Positions 21,945-34,901 of a stretch of 64,000 nt of DNA are shown piece after piece. Each line of letters starts with the position of its first letter. Positions within the stretch are counted from its first letter, which is position 1. Source of the DNA: Zancudomyces culisetae HAW-14-8 (Eukaryota; Fungi; Kickxellomycota); NCBI GenBank assembly GCA_052426225.1, contig JBNJNM010000008.1, positions 1,550,001 through 1,614,000 of the forward strand, given 5' to 3'. The notes under the pieces were generated by a model that did not search any database, was not told where the DNA came from, and saw only the letters and a program-made list of their open reading frames with translations. The position numbers and the translations under genes were made by a program.

Positions 21945-24900
21945 ATGATAAAATGTAGAAAGTATATGATACAGGTGTACTATGAGAATAAGGATAACTC
22001 GCGGACAATAAAAAAGATTGTCATACCTGGAAATATCGACATAAATATTGGAGGTAAGGAGGCTTAAAGTGTACCAGGATATGTGTTTGTATTCATATAT
22101 ACAAGTATTACTGTCACCACCACCTATCTGACAGGAATGAACAGGCCTTTTTCTTTTTTTTTTGCCTGTTGGCTGAAGATTGAATAGTTGAACGTAGTAG
22201 TTGTGTATTGATAGCAATAATAGCACCAATACTAAGCACATTATGTGTTGATAAATTTAAAAAAATAGACAGTGTATATGTAGCAGGAGATAGTCTGGAT
22301 GAAAGATACTCGATAGGAAGAGTAATGAATTTTGTGAAGGCGGGAAGAAATGTACCGCTGACAAGATCTTCAGCAAGTATTCAAAATGCTGAAAGCAATA
22401 CAAAAGTGACAAATACGAGGGGTGATACCACAAGCCCGAGAGCAGATAGAGCGGCAGTAAGAGGCGTAGCAAATCCAGGCTCGCCTTCAAAACCAACAAC
22501 TGCAAATGAGCGGGGAAAGGGGGGAATGGAGGAAAAAAGGGACCAGTGGTCGGACGAAATAGATGTAAGAGTAGCTTGGTACCAACGACCGGCTGATTTG
22601 AATTTAATGAAGGGTAGAAAACAAGAACCACGACTGCTGGTCGCAACTATGAACAGCGAACTGCGGTCGATGACGGTAGTGAAGGGGAAATGTGTGGTGG
22701 AACATATTAGCGAAATTAAAGATTTGGAGGAATTCAAGAAGCAAGAGGATCATTTTTACTATTCTATCCTGTATGATCGGTTTATCAACCGGGTATACGA
22801 GGTAATACCAGTTGGACAAATAAGAAATGTGCCGGATGAGGTGAAAAAAAAGTTGACAGAGACATACAGGTATGTGGTTTGTGAAAAGGAAAAAATACAG
22901 GATTTCATTGAGGAACGCAAGGACTGTGTGGTGTGTAAGCAGTGGTGCAGTAGCGAGAGTTCAATGGTGTGTTCAATATGTAACAAAGCGACACATATGG
23001 GGTGTTTAGACCCACCATTGATCAAGAAGCCTAGTAAAGGGTATGGGTGGCAGTGTGCACCATGTTTGAAGGAAAAATTTGAGCGGCAAATGAAAATGGA
23101 AAAAGAAAATAGTATAGAGCTGGGGTTGGAGCTGGGACTTGGAGCAGAGACAGGAATAGGAATAGGCACAGGGGTTGAGTCTGGAACTGGAGCTGGGGTT
23201 GGGACTGGGACTGGGGTTGGAACTGGGACTGGAACTGGATTAGGAATTGGTGGGTTTAATGGGAATAAACGAGAGAGAAGCCGAACCGCACAGTTGCAAT
23301 TTTTACAACAACAACAGAAGGAAATGGCAGTTCAAAGGAACAAAAACAGTAAAGCAAACGGAACCAACTCGACAATATCAACAAGAACAAGAACAAGAGA
23401 GGAGGCTAACAACAGTACTAATAGCAATAATAATAGCAACAACAATGATACATATACATCTACATCTACATATACAGATAAAGATAAAGATAAAAGTGTG
23501 GATAAGCGACGAAAGGACTGGCCATTTAGATATTTTGGAATATACAGCAATATTGAGGATGTGTTGACAGAAGATGATCGTATTAATCCACGAGCGGGTA
23601 GTCGAATTGGAAATAAAAACCAGGCCTTAGTGGCAGAGTCCACGCAGCAACAGCAGGATTTAGAAGAAGGAAATAAAAAAAGTGTCAATTCCAATTCTAA
23701 CTCCAACTCCAACTCCAATTCCAATCCAAATTCTAGTTCTAGTTCTAATACAAGCTCAAATTCTGGAGGAAAAGAAAGGCAAAGATATAGAGAAAGGGGA
23801 GTAGAAAGGGAGGGAGTTATAGAAAGAGGCGTGGAAGCAAGCGAGCAAGAACTTTTTACAGGAGAAGAACTAACTAAATTGAATAAGAATAAGCTTGACA
23901 AGTATCTAGCAGAGATAGGCAAGTTCCTTGGCGAGTTTACACAGCAAAATGTAGATTTTGATTTGTTGGAGAGAAAAATGGTGGCGCTGCGAGCGTTGGC
24001 GATAAATAAATACGATATTGATAGTGCAAAGGCAGAGGTGCTAAAGAATCCCAAGTATTATATTGAACAGGTTGTGGCATCATATCAAGCGGTAAGAATG
24101 GCAGATGATGAGAAAACTGATAAACAACACAAGTTGAAACAGAAAGCAAAACCAATATTGAAAACGAGGCAACAACAGCAACAGCAACAACAAGAACAAG
24201 AACAACAGCAGCAGGAACAACAGGAAGAAAAGTACAATGGACCTAAGTGGACGGCTGAAGCAAATACTAGGATGGAGGCGCTTATTAGAAAATACAAAGC
24301 AAATGTACATTTAATTGCAAAAAGCATGTTTTCCTTTTATAATAACGACGAAAATAAGAGATTCAATCACAAACAAATCACGCTTCGATATTATAAGCTC
24401 AAAAACTCTGAAAATGTTACAAAAGGAAAAGCCAGTTATAACACATTGGTTGGTGATGTAGGTGGCACCAGACCATACTCTCAGCCAAATTCCAATGCAG
24501 CAGTGATTACCGAGAGCAATATAATAGGCAATGAGTACCAGGGGCTTATTGGTGGCAATGCATCATCACAGCTTTCTTCTACAGAGGGTTATGGAGTGAG
24601 TACAAGAAATGCAATACGGTCACGGGAAAATGAGGCGTTGAGTATTCTGGCAGGGATTAGTGGCAGTTCGGCAAATCTAGCGGGTTTACCAGCAACCACT
24701 AGTGCTGCCAGCTCGTCGTCTTCACGTCTGCGATGTGCGGGCTGTAAGTGTGAGCGTTCGGCAAAGTGGTATCAAGTGCCATGGGAGTTTGTACACGACC
24801 ATACAAATGCGTTGTACTACAATTCGGGAGCGCAACGTGTCGCTGGAGAGGCATCTGGTTCCAATCTACAATTTGATTTGCAAGATAGTCAGAATATTAA

Positions 24901-27900
24901 CAACGATCCGGTCTCATACACTGCGCCAGTTACACAGAGTGAATGGTTTGGAAACAACAGTGTGTTCAACCCAGTAGATTCGACAGCCGCTAGTCGAAAC
25001 AAACTGGTATGCAAAAAATGTCATCAGTATTGGTGTAAATATGGGGTGATTCCCTCAACCGCCACTTTTTCGTCCCAACAAACTCAGCCAACTCAACAAA
25101 CTCAACCGACTCATTCAGGGCAGCAAGCCCAACAAACAGAAACGCAACATGAACATGTTCAGTCACAAACCCCTTGCATCTTGCAATGTGATCTCTGTTA
25201 TGGTTATGGCAATGGCAATATTAATAGTAATAGTAATAGCAATAGCAATAGCAATAGCAATAGCAGTAGTAATAGTAATAGTAATAATGGTACAATGAAT
25301 TTAATAACAAATTCATCTCGTACAGCTTCAATGATGCTGAAATGTAATGATTGCAATATTACCATACACAATTGCTGTTATGGAAACCCAATAATTAAAA
25401 CTTCACGAAAATATTCGAGCGGTTATGTTGGATCCACAAGAAAAAGGTCTGATGAAACTAACAGCAGCAGTTTCAGTAGTGGAGGAGGAGCAAATACTGG
25501 AGCAAACTCTACATCACTAATCTCTTATTTATGCGAATTCTGTTTAAATCTACAAAACCCAACAGCCTCAACTGATGATACTTGTGTTATATGCCACAAA
25601 AGTGCCGAAGATCAAAGCAGCCAGGCAATGTGGAAAACGTTGGAGAACAATTGGGTCCACGTGCACTGTACAGTTCTTGTGATGGCTATGGTTGATAGTG
25701 GCTTGTACTTGCTCAGACGCAACAGGAGATCTGTTCCGAAGGACTTGGGTGACTATGGCAGCAAACATCAGGCCAAGGTTAGGTATAGATACAATCCAAA
25801 GGAGATTGTTGTGTGTGGGTTTGAGAATCTTGATTTGAAATTTTGGAACAATAAATGTTTTGTGTGTCAAAGTGCGGTTGGAATTTCCGTTCCCAATTGT
25901 TGCTTTGTCGAACGGTTTGCCGGAATCAAAGCCGGAATCGAAACTGGAATTAACAATCATAAAGATAAAATCAAACTAAAAATTCCTCAACACCATCAAA
26001 ATCTGGGAATTGTCAATCAAAAACTAGCAACTTTTTTGGATTCCTCCAGGAAAAACCATGACGATATTCCAGATTCTGAACATGACTCTCTTATAGTTGT
26101 TAACAAGAAATTGCAAGCCTTTCTAGCCACAAAGAACCAACCCACCTTCCTCACCGATACCTTTATAAATAGTATCAAATTATCTCCTTTGCATTCTTGT
26201 CTAAGTTCGGCTTCTGAAAGCTTTGTGCATCCTTCTTGTTTACTAAACCAGACATTATTACAATATACTCGTGCTCACAATGATAAAGATAATGACAATG
26301 ATAAAGATAAGGATAAGGATAAGGATAAGGATAAAGATAAGGATAAGGATACTGAAACCAATATTAATACGACTCTTGATTCTAATCCTAGCACCAAAGA
26401 TGAAATCAATACTAAAACCAATACCAATGCTAAAGTCGGCGTGGATGGTGATGTCGATGTCGATGTCGATGTCGATATTGATATTGATGCTGATGCTGAT
26501 GTTGATATTGATGTTGATGTTGATACCAACAATAGTGCTACTACCAAAAATTCTAATGGTCATGTCGGTGCACTTGCTTTGGTCGCTGAAAGCAGCAGTA
26601 ATTATCCTTCTTCATCTTCTTCTCCATCCACAGTTGCCACAATTCGATGCAAAAGATCCCTTACAAATGATTCTTTTACTTTGGACAATTCTAAAAGACT
26701 AAAATCTCATGGTTTCTTTGATTCTACAAATACTGTTAATACCAATCCCAATTTCAATTCCAATTCCAATGTCGGTACTAACCCAGAGACAGCTAATTTA
26801 GATCATAGTTGGTCGTTATTCTACGTACCACCATTAATACCATCATCATCATCATCATCATCACCATTTTTATTGTCATCGCTATCGTCATCACTTTCAC
26901 CTTCACATTCACATTCGTCTTCACCTTCACCAATGACATCACGAGCATCAACACCTTCAATCGACTCTTCTACTCATACTCATACTCATACCCATACCGA
27001 TGGTGCTGGTGCTGGTGCTGGTACTAATCCTGGTACATCGCTCGGTCAAAAGATTTTAAAAAACCACTTCAATATTACAAATAGGTTAGTTGCAACCTGT
27101 CCTCTGCATTCGTTTTATTTAGCCAATCTGCTACCATCTGATTCCTGCAATGTCTTTAATTTACTAGAATGTATCAAATCCAACCGAAAAATCAACTCTG
27201 ATATTGATACATTTGGAAATGGAAATGGAAATAGCAGAAGTGTTGATAGAACTACTCATCCTGTAGCTGGGAGGTCTAGATCCAGACCATCTTCAAATTC
27301 AAATCCAAATCTAAATCCAAATCTACAATCTTTTATATCATCACAACGGCTATTGGAAAAATCCGGAACCAATTCTTTTGGCCAATTTGCCAACTTGATC
27401 ACTTTTGTTGTCGAGAATTACGACATAAAAAACTACCAAAAAAACCAACAGCACAAGCTCTTAAACGCAAAATCATACTCACTATCACTGTCGTTAGGGT
27501 TTCCAGATCTTGAAAACAAGAACAACAGTTACGATTATGGATACGAACCGCGTCTAGACTTTAACCATAGTGATACATTTGATATGGATGTCTTTCCACC
27601 ATTGCCTGAATCTTCTGACACAAAAAAGCTACAAGATTCGAGTTATTCTATTACAGGTGTAGGCTTTGATGAATATACCAGTACTACTGATGTAGGAAAA
27701 AAAAATTTTCAGGATCTAAAGAATATCATCAATCCTGATGTGCCTTTATCATCCGTTTTGTCTAGCCAGTCGCGATTGCGATCGCAGGTAAAAGACCATG
27801 AGCGAAAACAATATGATGAATTACATTTATCATGCCAGTCTTGTAATTTAAAAATATCTCCCTTTTGGCACACACTACATACTGAAAATGGACACGCTGG

Positions 27901-28012
27901 TAATAGTAATGGTAATAGTAATGGTAATAGTAATGGTAATAGTAATAATAATAGTGGTGGTGGTACTGGTACTACTGGGTATCAGTGTCACTTTTGTTTT
28001 TGTAAATCCTGA
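21945..28012 (+). CDS. SNT2: Snt2-like chromatin protein/E3 ligase (BAH, PHD, ELM2/SANT, GATA-like and further PHD fingers), 2 exons
   Basis: Exon 1 (ATG 21945 or 21966 to 22053) and intron 22054-22268 give the BAH start DINIGDSVYV. BAH motifs VAWYQRPADL, RLLVATMNS, KGKCVVEH, FYYSILYDRFI. PHD CVVC...HMGCLDPPL..KPSKGYGWQCAPC; WPFRYFG...PRAGSRIG; later PHD/ePHD (NNWVHVHC). Confidence 0.85.
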
Positions 28013-29702
28013 GTTTTCATTTGATTCTATTACACTAGTTTTGAGCATCGTTTTTCAATTTGAGTCTTTTTATTTTATTTTATTTTATTTTATTTTATTT
28101 TATTGACATTGATGTTGATGTTGATGTTGATGTTGTTGGTTTTTTATTTATATGGCTTTGCCTTTTACTCTTTTTTTTTCTTTATTACTCTATTTATCTA
28201 GATTTTATATTACTTTTTCACATAAAATACAATACTTTGCTAAAACTTGATCAAGACTGTTATACGAAAAAATATATAAGTTCAAGTAAACTACAATGCT
28301 ATTCCATAGAGAGAAATAACATATACACATAATCGCAATTATCAGTTTCAAAATACACTAGATTTAGTGGTGGATGACCATCAGGACACAAAACATTTTT
28401 GTGACAGGAATTATACAAACGAAGGAGAGAGGATGGGAGAAGGGTGAAAGCAGAGCTCAAGTTGTGGTAGTTGTTGGTGTTTGTTGTAATTGTTATTATG
28501 GCTGTTGGTCTTGGGTAGATATTTTTCATATACGATACCAGCTGGTCATTGTTTCTAACTGGTGTGTTGCTCAGATCAATTAATGATATTGACTAAAAGA
28601 CACATTTTCTATTTTCCATTATTTGTTTTACTAATTATCATTATCATTATTTCTATTTTACTATTTATTATTATATTTTCTACCTGTTAAGCCATACTAA
28701 TTGTTCAAACAAATACAAATTAAACATACCAGGATAGGTAATATAACCTCTTAGACTTGGTATATGTTTCATTCCAAACAAATACAGGAAATTTGGGTTT
28801 AAATCCTTTATTCAAGACTAATTTTTATAGGTTTTGTTAAAAACTTGTTTACTTGTTTATTTACTTTTTTTTAGTTGTTGTGGTGCGATTTTATTTTTAT
28901 ATTTATTTTTTCATAATTAATTATTGATTTTGGTGGCTAGTTTTGAATATGAAAAAACAAAAACAAAAACAAAAACAAAATTATATATTTATAAATATAT
29001 GTATATATGTATATATATATGTATGAAACTAAAAACAATATTAAAAAAAATGTGGAAAATATAAATTAGTATTTTAGCAAATAGTAACTACCAGAAACTC
29101 TCGGAATTATTCTTCGTTTATTACAAAAACACTTATTTTTTTCTCCATTGCTTTATTTTCTCCCATTAATAAAACGTTCCGAGAACTTTATACATATACA
29201 CATACTTTTTTCTTTTTTTTTTTAGGAGGGGGAGGGTGAGAAAGAAGGGAAGAGATAGAGAAAAGTAGGATGAGAAAGAGGTGGGATGAGATGGAAATGG
29301 GGTGATCAAAATATTTTGGACTTTATTTTTCCCCCTTTTCCCCTACACTCCCTTCTACTTCAAAATTATTTACATATCTCACTAATTGGATCCAAGCATT
29401 GAAAACCGGTTTTCAATACCCAACTCAACCAAGCACGATCACTTGTAAACACATGGATGATTTTTCATATGATCACACCCTAGGATCCCTCCCCCTCCAC
29501 CCCACCCTTTCCCAGCACTCTGCAACCACAACAATGATATCATATACCTTGAGTACTCCTTTTATTAGTCCTAATGATAATCTCTTTGTCACTAATATTG
29601 TATTAAAGATGAAAAAGGAAAACAGTAAAAAAAAAATAAAAATAGACATCTACGCTATCACAAGATCAATAAGAGCTAAGAGTCTAAAAATTAACAAGCA
29701 TA

Positions 29703-30356
29703 TTATGCCAATGCAGTACATGCACATCCCATTGCGGAGTCACAGCGGCACTCAGAGTTGGTGGGTCCGGCTGAGATCCATTGTCCCATTGGGTGTCTAG
29801 ATTGACAGTCAGCGTAAGCTGATGCTGTGTTTGTTGGAGTACCATTGCAGACGAGTTTTGGAATACATGAGACGGTACCGTCTTGCAAACATTCACACTC
29901 ACAGGTTTGTGTCTCGAAATAAATACCGCCGTTGTCTTTGACGCATTCATTTGATGAGTTGTATTTTGGGAAGCTTTGGCAAGGTGATGGAGTTGGAGTT
30001 GGAGTTGGAGCAGTTGTTGGAGCAGTTGTTGGGGCGGTTGTTGGGGCGGTTGTTGGAGCAGTTGTTGGGGCGGTTGTTGGGGCGGTTGTTGGAGCAGTTG
30101 TTGGAGCGGTTGTTGGAGCGGTTGTTGGAGCGGTTGTTGGAGCGGTTGTTGGAGCGGTTGTTGGAGCGGTTGTTGGAGCGGTTGTTGGAGCGGTTGTTGG
30201 AGCAGTTGTTGGAGCGGTTGTTGAGGCGGTTGTTGGAGCAGTTGTTGGAGTGGTTGTTACTGTGACGGTGACAGTTGGTCTTGCTGGGCACTTTTCATAT
30301 GCGGCATCGGCTACTACTGCAGCTGCCAAAATTGATAGAATTACTGAGAAACGCAT
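29703..30356 (-). CDS. Secreted Thr/Pro-rich (TTAP repeat) protein with two C-terminal Cys modules
   Basis: Signal peptide MRFSVILSILAAAVVADA, about 20 TTAP units, then a Cys-rich domain. A tandem paralogue at 31091-31588 supports a real gene. Confidence 0.85.
   Translation of the reverse strand: MRFSVILSILAAAVVADAAYEKCPARPTVTVTVTTTPTTAPTTASTTAPTTAPTTAPTTAPTTAPTTAPTTAPTTAPTTAPTTAPTTAPTTAPTTAPTTAPTTAPTTAPTTAPTTAPTPTPTPSPCQSFPKYNSSNECVKDNGGIYFETQTCECECLQDGTVSCIPKLVCNGTPTNTASAYADCQSRHPMGQWISAGPTNSECRCDSAMGCACTALA
30005..30252. repeat. 12-bp coding minisatellite (GGAGCGGTTGTT variants) encoding TTAP
   Basis: About 20 near-identical 12-mers. Confidence 0.95.
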
Positions 30357-31090
30357 TTTATTTTCTAACTTTAAGTATTTGTAGAGGATAGTCTAGTGTT
30401 TAGGTCGAGTTTAAGCAAGCTATATTTCGCTAATATATATTACTTGTATCTCTATTTACGAAGGTGTGGATATGATAACTAAAAAAAGCATTTACTGAAA
30501 AAATGGGATTTTATATGGTTTTATTTTAATAGTCAAAGATCTTGTTTACATACTTCTAGCTTTTCCCTCTCTTTTCTCTCTTTCTCTCCCCCCAAAAAAA
30601 AAACCCAAACGGGCGTGTATTTTTTTTTTATAGAAAATTAAGTGGATATTTCACATTTTATAAATCAAAACATAAAACACATAGTAAACTTTTATCCACA
30701 AGCCCAACAATTCGTGTCGCAGCTAATGATGTTTTGGTAATCAACGGTGATTTCGATTTAATCTTATTTGATATTTGACACTTATTTTTTTGGTGCAATT
30801 ATTGGATGTATGTGCTGTGCACTAATCAAACCCAAATTTATTGATGTAGATTGGAAAATGATGTTCAAAAAAAAATTTTCTTTTACAAGTTCATTTTTGT
30901 TCCTCACACCATCTCCCCCCAAAAAAAAAAAGATGAACCAAGACACAAAGAGCAAATGAAATCAGCCTTTTCAGTTCACTAGCAGTTACCAGATAGAGAA
31001 AAAAACAGTATAAAATCAAGTAATATTGCAAGTGAAATGAAAAGTACATTATACACTAAAAAAAATGTTCATAATATGCTGGGATTGCAA

Positions 31091-31588
31091 TTATTCCACT
31101 GCAGTGCATGCACAACCAGAGGTTTTATCACAGTGACACTCAGAGTTTGTGTCTCCAAACGATATCCATTTCCCTAAAGGATGTCTTGAGATACAGTTAG
31201 AGTAAGCTGAGTCAGGATCGGTCGGCGTTCCGTCACAAACCAAGCTGAGTGAGCATGAAACTGTACCGGTCGAACTACATTCGCATTCACAGCCTTGTTT
31301 CTCGAAATATATGCCATTATTAGTTAGAACGCACTCGTCTTGTGAACCGTATGTTGGGAAGCTTGGGCAAGATGTCGGGTGTGTTGTTGTAGCTGTAGTA
31401 GTTGGTGTTGTAGTAGTAGCAGTTGGTGTTGTTGCTGTTGTCGATAGCGTTATTGGATCGACCTCCAGGGATCTAAAGTATATACTGGTGACCGTTACTA
31501 CGGTTACAGGCCTTGTTGGACACTTTTCGGATGCTGCGTTGGCTGTCACCATTGCGGCAAAAATTGAGAGTACAACTGAAAGACGCAT
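31091..31588 (-). CDS. Secreted Cys-rich protein, tandem paralogue of 29703-30356 with a shorter Thr stalk
   Basis: MRLSVVLSIFAAMVTANA signal peptide. The same Cys spacing (ECV..N.GIYFE.Q.CECEC...GTVSC...LVC.GTPT...CISRHP.G.WIS.G.TNSEC.CD...GCACTA). Confidence 0.85.
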   Translation of the reverse strand: MRLSVVLSIFAAMVTANAASEKCPTRPVTVVTVTSIYFRSLEVDPITLSTTATTPTATTTTPTTTATTTHPTSCPSFPTYGSQDECVLTNNGIYFEKQGCECECSSTGTVSCSLSLVCDGTPTDPDSAYSNCISRHPLGKWISFGDTNSECHCDKTSGCACTAVE

Positions 31589-32892
31589 TCTTTTTTATTT
31601 TTTTACTTTATTCGTGAAATATAATGTTGTTTCTTATGAATGGAAAGGGATTAGATTCACTCTAGATATATGTGATATGATATATGCTTTATGCCAATTT
31701 TATTTGGAGAGCGAGAAAAAGATGTAATGATGTTTAGTAAAATCGGGTAGCTTTATATGATTTTGCTAAACGAACAATATATGCTCTGTCAATCTTTATT
31801 TAGCACAAAGAATTTCCTGTACTCCTCTTGATTACGGGGTTTATTTTTATCCATTTCAGCCAGATAGCATCGATTTAAGTAATTGAAAACTATTTTTATA
31901 ACATTTCAACGCTTTGGTTTGGGCAAAATCAATATAGAGTTTGTTAAGCAAGTCTTGTGCTGTTTCAAGCAAGTGACAGTAATTCTAAAGCAACTGAGCA
32001 AAATCAATTGTCGAAACACTAATAGTCCGGTGTTTTCCAAGCTTATTTTCGATTTTGTAATAAAAATAGTAATATTACAAACACAAACCCTTTCTTTACA
32101 TAATCCCGAAATTCAGCCTTTTATTTTATTTTTACTTTCTTGCCTATATTTTTTTAATCATTTATTTTTCTACGAAACTTGAACTGCTCGCAATAGTTCA
32201 AGAAACCCAATCAGGCAAATGGCAAAGAACGTTTGCTTTTTTAGATGTTTTTTTTTCCAGAGTATTGAAGCGCTTTAAATGTTTGGGTCAACTAATTGGA
32301 TTTTATTTTTGGCTTTGTATTTTCCTAATTTTTTTTTCTTCCTAAACTCGCAAGTTTTTTTTTTGCAGTTGTAACACCAAAAACACCAAAGCAAAACAAG
32401 GTAAAAACAAAGAAAACCAAAAGCTGGAAATCCAGTATGAAAAAAAAATGTACATAAAAAATTGTGCACATTTGCTGTACTGGTTTTAACCGCAAAGGCA
32501 AAGAAACAAATACATCAATGACACAAGTGGCCCGAGTTAAACAAGCACTGCATATTGTAAAGCATGCCACACAGTTGACTACGGTGCGCTCCAAGATAAA
32601 ATAGCCCACCTTGGAGGTGTCGCTCATAGCAATAGACTATATCATTCCAATCCAACCACACTCATACCACCTGCTCAAATATACAAACCAGACGCTGAAT
32701 ATATGAGAACGTTATGAGTCCATTTGTTCTACTTACACTATAATTCAAGAGTGTACTCGTTTAGCAATATTGAATATATGAACAGAATGAGATGTTCCGA
32801 TTTTAAATCATAGTTTATTAAATTTAGCACAAAACAGTCTGAAATGTATATAGTATAGGGTAAAAAAATGGTAATAGGTACTAAAACACCAT

Positions 32893-34041
32893 TTAGGCTT
32901 GTTGGGCTCTGCGACGGTCACGCTCCTCACTGATTGTAAGTCTAATACCCTTGCCCTTTGGCAAGCTGATCATTGACTTGTTACCCTCGCCAATAACAAA
33001 GACGTTTGAGAGACGTGTGGCAAAGGTGTTGCCAGTGGAGTCCTTTAGGTGAACTACATCGAAACCTCCCTCGTGACGATCACGGTGTACAATAACTCCG
33101 ACACGACCCATACTGTGTCCTCCGGTGATTGTAGCAAGGTTTCCAACTTCCATCTTTACATGGTCAATGACCTTTCCTGTCTCGATATCAACCTTGACGG
33201 TGTCGTTGACCTTAATATTTGGGTCTGGGTATCTGATTGTGCGAGCATCGTGTGTTACAATATATGGAATACCCTTGGCTCCGAGCTGGCAGCGCTTGAC
33301 CTTGCACAGCTTGTATTTGGCCTCTTCGTCTGAGATTCTGTGGATGGTGAAACGTCCCTTAATATCGTAGATCAAACGGAAGTTCTCTCCGGTCTTTTCC
33401 ATGGAGATGACATCTATATAAGAGTAAATACCGAATTCGTTAATACATATCACCATAAACTACAAAGTCATCTCCTGCGAGCGCATGTTCACTCAAATAG
33501 TAATCTACTACAAATCTAGTGCAATACATACCCATAAAGCCAGCTGGGTAGGTGGAGTCAGTTCGTACTTTCCCGTCAACCTTTACAAGACGCTGCATGA
33601 GGATGGATTGAACCTCACGTCCGTTCAAGGCGTACTTGAGTCTGTTACGCAAGAAAATAATAAGAGGCAAGCACTCGCGTTGTTTGTGTGGTCCTGGGGA
33701 TGGCTTTGGTGCATATGTACCGGTAAGCTTATCCAACATCCAGTGCTTTGGCGCATTAAGGCGCTTCATGTGTTTTCTTGGACCTCTAACCTATTTTCAA
33801 ATCCATTAAGAATTATTATTTAGTCTAAATTAATAATCTTTCTTTCTCGAATCCGTAATGATAACACCACAATTTTTGAATCCTGCTATAATATCAACAT
33901 CTCGCAACTGTTTTCAAAAATTATTGAATCATCCAAATGGGTAGCGCCGATATTCTCATCCAAGCAGTACTACGGTACGCCATCTAAAACCGAATCCAAG
34001 CATATAACACGCGTAAAATCACTCATACTCTGACTTACCAT
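32893..34041 (-). CDS. RPS4: 40S ribosomal protein S4 (eS4), 3 exons
   Basis: ATG-only first coding exon (34041-34039) and introns 34038-33791 and 33531-33414 give [23 protein letters not shown]...YPAGFMDVIS...[12 protein letters not shown]...[12 protein letters not shown]. Confidence 0.97.
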
Positions 34042-34901
34042 TTTCTCTTACTATATCTTTTCCCTTTATTGCTATATTCACAAATGTAAAAAGAGTAAGT
34101 TTATTAGCGATTTTTATTTTTCACCTAATGTTTTATTTTTCTCTTTTGTGTAGATTCAACTGTAAAATTTTTAGTCCAATCAAATATATATTTTCTATTG
34201 GTTTATTTTTTTCAGATTTGATGGTTTGAAATTTCTTTTTATTTAGTTTTTATGGATTGCTTGCCTCAATTTCTCACAAAGTCTCGCGCATAAAAAATTT
34301 TTTTTTATTTAGCTTGCGTGTTTGCTAAAATTGCCTGCCAGAATAGAGTAGTAACAGACAGCTAATAATGGTTATTGGAGAGGGTACTGGGAATTGTATT
34401 GGGTAGGTAGTATTAAGTGTGCTATTATAGCTTATATATCCCCCCCAGACATATAGCAATATATAGTCAAAAGCATGGGGTTGATAACATTACTTTTATC
34501 GCCTTCACTATTCTCATCCTCATTCACATCCGTCCCCTTTCTTCATTAACTTGTGACATTCGGATCTATGTAACTTTTATTAAGCCAGGACTCCAAAGTC
34601 CAAAAAGAAAAAAAAAACTACCTTTTACCTCTTTTCCACATACTACACTCAAATACAACTATAAATATAATAGGATATGTTTCTGGCTGCTATATACCAC
34701 TATGTGTGTCATTTTTTTAATGTGTGTTTATACTACTATAATACTACACCCTCTCTTCCACCCAGAATAACATACACGTCAAATAAAAATTCACTCAATA
34801 ATGGGGTTAAAACTGAAATAGCTATTACACATCTTAGTAAAGTAAAGATGTATTATCCAGGTTGTTTTGATGGAGCTTCATGTATTTAGACAATAAAAAC
34901 A

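Noticed and set aside
29932-30384. GAVV, LLER and NNRS repeat ORFs; CRISPR-like periodicity
   Set aside because: Other frames of the 12-bp TTAP minisatellite. There are no spacers, so it is not a CRISPR array.
33414-34038. Intronic snoRNA in RPS4 introns
   Set aside because: No convincing paired C (RUGAUGA) and D (CUGA) boxes or H/ACA structure seen.
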